A DNA stretch of 64,000 nt, taken from assembly GCF_008831285.2 (NCBI RefSeq), contig NC_045138.2:16554001-16618000 (forward strand). Reading direction: 5' to 3'. The stretch's first letter is position 1; every line of letters begins with the position of its first letter. A program made the position numbers and the translations under genes. This DNA comes from Nymphaea colorata. Lineage: Eukaryota. Below the pieces are notes generated by a model. That model was not told the origin of the DNA. It ran no database searches and was given only the letters and a program-made list of their open reading frames with translations. Shown here one piece after another: positions 59,895 through 64,000 of the stretch.

Positions 59895-62892
59895 ATGGCA
59901 GAGGAAGGAGTTGTGATCAGCTGCCACAGCGTCGACGCGTGGACGGCACATCTACAGAGGGGAATCGATAACAAAAAACTGGTAACGATGTTTTCTTCCT
60001 CTACGTTCCTGCGTTGGTGTCTCTTCTGTTGTTTGAGCCGCTTTATGCAATTTGCAACGAGTTTTTGCCCTTCAATTCTATATACCCATTTGACAGAATT
60101 CTGCTAATTGATTCGTATAAAAGCTGTCTGAACTTGGTATCGGCGGTTTTGCCGCTCCCAATCTCTTCTTTTCACATGTCGTTGCGCTTCAATTGGAAAC
60201 GAGTTTTAGGCTTCATTTTTCTTCCTGCGCCTGAATCATGGCCGTTCTTTTATTCTGTTGCATTGTGGTAGATTTTAGACCAAGAGGATGTTTTTTATTT
60301 TATTTTTACTGGTGCTGTACTTTATTGGAGCCAAAGATTGCTTCTCTTTTCTCTAGTAGGTTGTTCAAGGATGATGCCGTTGGGCCTTCGTTTCCCATCT
60401 TCTCTGCATACGTATGCAATTAAACTTAATTTACGCTGGATATGTTACAAAATTTGTTGGTAGTTTTGATTCTGAAGCTGTACTTGGTTATTGAAGGTGC
60501 GTTCTGAATTGGTTTATATTGCCATACAATTCTTGAATATTTAGGTCTGCCGTACAGTTTTTGAAGATTTAGAGCCATAGAATAAGTTCGCGAGAACTTG
60601 GCAGGAAGAGGAAGGAAGAGGGGAGGAGGCTTTGCTGTTAAATGTTTCCAGATTGTAAAATTCCACAAATTATCTAGGCCCGGTACATGTTGGTCAAGAG
60701 AAGTTAATTGAAGGTGACGCATAAGATGGTTCCGATGAGTGCTTGCAGATGAGTTCTTAATGAACAACTGATGTTAATAACCGGAGAAATAAATATCAAT
60801 TATGTACATTCTAGTCTCATTTTTTATGGATGTAAAAGGTTAAGAAATGGATAATCAGATGCCTCGAATTCTTTGCAGCCAAAGAAACCAAAATTCTCAT
60901 AACTATGTCATAACCGTTTTCATCTATTTTAGTGGTTAACTGTGTAGAATATTCAAGGTTAGACGGCGGTTTTCCTGTTGCTCATTTGTTATTTAGATAT
61001 TTCATATTTGGCAATGTTAAGCCTTAAAGGGCTCTGAAGATAAGAAATCTTCATAATTGGGAGGAAATAGCACTCTGATTATGGAGAATCAAATTGCTTA
61101 TCAATCAAACAGGTTTTTTTTCTCTTTTCAGCTCTGTGAAAACTGAAAAGGAAAAAGAAAGATGTTCGAGAATGTGGAAATGATTGCTGTTAACTATAAT
61201 GGGAAAGAGGGGTAGATGGATAACATCATAAGTCGCAGTACTCTGAAGTAACATGATGAGGTAAAAGCGGGTGACTAGATTTCAGTGAGAAAAATGACCT
61301 AAATAACTGTGGAGACATATTGCAAGCAAGAGCTACATTTGAGAATGTCAAAACTGACAAGGTGATGGATGAATTCCCATGAATAATGGACAGGGCTGTA
61401 ATTTTTTATCAAGGAAAGCACCTGGTAACATTTGTTTGAACTTTGAAGGGAGTATTTCATCACCTTTCCATTAGCAAGAATGACATACAATTTGTTGTAT
61501 AGTCAGTACTCATGGCATTGGTTGATGGTCAACACTCATTTTGATGGACATACAATTTGTGGGAAAGTAATAATGACATACAATTGCAATGAGTTCTGAC
61601 CTTTCAAGAAATTAGTCCTGTCCATCACCTTTTTGGATCCTGACTTTTCCATAATGAAACGGAAAGTCATTTTCTTTCAAGAAATTGCAACCTTTCCTTT
61701 CCATTCAGAAGCACTTTGAACGATTTGTCTGACCTTCTTTGGTATGGTGAGTACTAATGACATACAATTGTCATTAGTACTCACCATACCAAAAAAGGTC
61801 AGGATTCATGACAATGAGATGCCATTAACCATACCAATCAAGATGCCATTAGTGTCTAAAATCCATGTTGGTTGATGGTCAGCACTCATTTTGATGGACA
61901 TACAATTTGTGGGAAAGTACTAATGACATTTTGTTGTACAGTGAGTACTAATGACATACAATTACAATGAGTGCATTTTGTCACCGTAGAAGATAACCAG
62001 GGCCAAATATTCCTTATTGGTTCATTCCCATCAACATTAGTTACAAGCCTTTGACGAAGGCATATGTGAGGTCTAAGGTTCATTTTTTATCGAACAGCAG
62101 GCGACCTGACCTCAATTCATGTGTAGGGTGGTAACTTTTCTTTTTGACTTCTTGTTTTCTGCATGTGCATTGGTTGATCTATGCATTTTATCTTGCCAAA
62201 TATTTGATGTCTTGTTCCTTGTTCTATTTTCTTCATGAAAACTCAGAATTATTTGGTTATGTTCCTATTTTGAAATTCAAACGTGTTCTTTTGATTTTCG
62301 AATCAGCGAGTCCTTCGTCATGTCTGGAATTAGTTTGTTTTGATTGTCTAGTAGCTGCATGTTTGTCATTTTCCATGTTTGCCAATTTTTTAGATGTTTT
62401 TTGAATAGATTGTAGTTGATTTTACTGCGTCGTGGTGTGGACCCTGCCGCATGATTTCTCCTATGCTGACTGAATGGGCGAGAAGATTTCCTCAAGTCAC
62501 CTTTCTTAAAGTCGACGTTGATGAGTTGGCAGTAAGTGCTCCTCCATGTTCTTCTTGTCATCTGATTCTTTACTGTCAAGTGTTATTCTTCAAATTATAA
62601 AGTCTAGTTTCCCAATGTAACCCTCGTGATCTATTTTCTTCTTCATTATGATAATTTTTTCTGGAAATTTCTTAAAGTTGTATATGCTTGTTGTAGTTCT
62701 GACAGGATTACTAATTACAGTACTTATATATATGCATGATTTCAGTCTGTAGCATCTGACTGGGCTATAGAAGCAATGCCAACTTTCATGTTCTTGAAAG
62801 AAGGGAATATAGTAGACAAGGTAGTTGGTGCAAGGAAAGAGGAGCTGCTGCAGAAGATCATGATGCACGTGGCAAAGATTTCAGCTCAGTAG
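59895..62892 (+). CDS. TRXh: Thioredoxin h (cytosolic), 3 exons, 118 aa
   Basis: Exons 59895-59981, 62409-62531, 62746-62892. Translation [11 protein letters not shown]...[17 protein letters not shown]...FLKVDVDEL-...[12 protein letters not shown]...DKVVGA, with a canonical WCGPC active site. Confidence 0.98.
61479..61973. repeat. Mosaic of direct repeats in thioredoxin intron 1
   Basis: A 62-bp direct repeat at 61518-61579 and 61868-61929 (2 mismatches). The motif gacatacaatt occurs 6 times. Confidence 0.9.
61729..61802. repeat. Near-perfect inverted repeat (34-bp arms, 6-nt loop)
   Basis: CTGACCTTCTTTGGTATGGTGAGTACTAATGACA-tacaat-TGTCATTAGTACTCACCATACCAAAAAAGGTCAG, 33/34 paired. Confidence 0.95.
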
Positions 62893-64000
62893 TTCCTTTG
62901 TGTCTCTGCTTTGGTCTGTCGGATTGCTTGAAATAAAGAGTAGCATCTGCAATGTATCACGTATTTACACTGGCCGATTGACAACTGAGTGCCTACTTTG
63001 CAACTGAAAATGAAAATCTTGTTTAGTGAATAAAATAATAGTATTTGCTGATTTAGTTTATCTTGACAGTTCGCGTCTGGTCTTTCTGTTTCTGCGCGCA
63101 CATGCACGTGGACATGATTGGCGCAGTTTTTGCATCCATTCTTAAGACAGCAATTTTATTACTAGAAGCAGAATATACACAATTAGTGCAGCTCCTCCAT
63201 TGCCTTGGCCACAGGTAGATGAGTCATCATGGGAATGATTGGTCTGGAAGATGGAGAACCAGGGTTCATTGGAAAAGTAGAATAACCAGTCTTGAGTTTC
63301 TGCTAACGGATTTCAACAAGCTTTCTCAGTTTCCTAATGTGCATCGGCCAAATCCGGCTGGTCATTCATAAAATGGCTATTTTAGCCGACAAGTTCTCAG
63401 GCCTTCAACATCTGTAGATTCTCTACCAAGACCAGAACGTGGGGGAGGGGAGAGCACAACTCTCTCCCAAACTCCCATAGTCCCCCCCCTCCACAGCTGC
63501 ATTATATCACAATCTTCTTCCTTATTCAAGAGTTACAAGCCACTCCAAACTTGCTAGTTGTCACCATTATTCAAAATTTACTACGTGATTCTGTCATGTA
63601 GTCATAAAAGTGCTTCTCCTCTTGGCATGCATGACAACGTTCACACTGCTGCGGTAGTTGTTTGATTCTTAGGTGCCATCTTTATGCAGAAGCAGATAGT
63701 GTCAACCATAATCTGCCTTTTCTGCCCATCCTGGTGTATGGAGCCTCACTGTTATGAAGCTTTTTTACACCCTCAGAAGCAAAAGCTGAGCTGTCTTTGA
63801 AATGGTCAACTGAAAGTCTGGAAGAAGAAAAGTTCTTCGTCTCAATTCTTTCGGCTTCAAAAAAATGTAGTTGGTTATATGTATTGTATGCTGACTTTGA
63901 GGTCTTACTTCAAGCGAACAAACAAGAATTCCTCCACCAACTTTCACGCTTGGATCTCCTTTAAACAGTTATAGCGAAAAGAAGATCTCAGAAAAATTCG

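Noticed and set aside
63180..64000. Possible 3' part of a minus-strand gene at the window end
   Set aside because: Only short frames with no recognisable homology or consistent exon chain. It cannot be supported without flanking sequence.

Overview
Flowering-plant nuclear DNA: AT-rich, intron-rich, with CT and TA microsatellites. It holds six complete spliced genes and the 3' end of a seventh, all on the + strand. These are an unidentified gene end (595-3940), a purple acid phosphatase (8281-12427), an uncharacterised plant nuclear protein (16126-20943), PDX2 glutaminase (23217-26510), a WDR13-like WD40 protein (28676-35228), a GH35 beta-galactosidase (51014-57248) and a thioredoxin h (59895-62892). 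I reconstructed the exon chains by hand from splice sites and reading frame. Introns and the ~15.8 kb gene-poor interval (35.2-51.0 kb) contain hAT-type MITEs, small solo LTRs and decayed LINE pieces. The best leads are: (i) the uncharacterised protein carries an ordered motif set recalling the metazoan NSL-complex scaffold KANSL1, including a putative WDR5-binding Win motif; (ii) a near-perfect 34-bp hairpin in the thioredoxin intron; (iii) an orphan cell-cycle-type promoter island in the gene desert; (iv) P1BS sites before the phosphatase; (v) three GC-AG introns. I recognised no tRNA, rRNA, CRISPR array or known miRNA. Family assignments come from motif recognition and memory, not from database searches.
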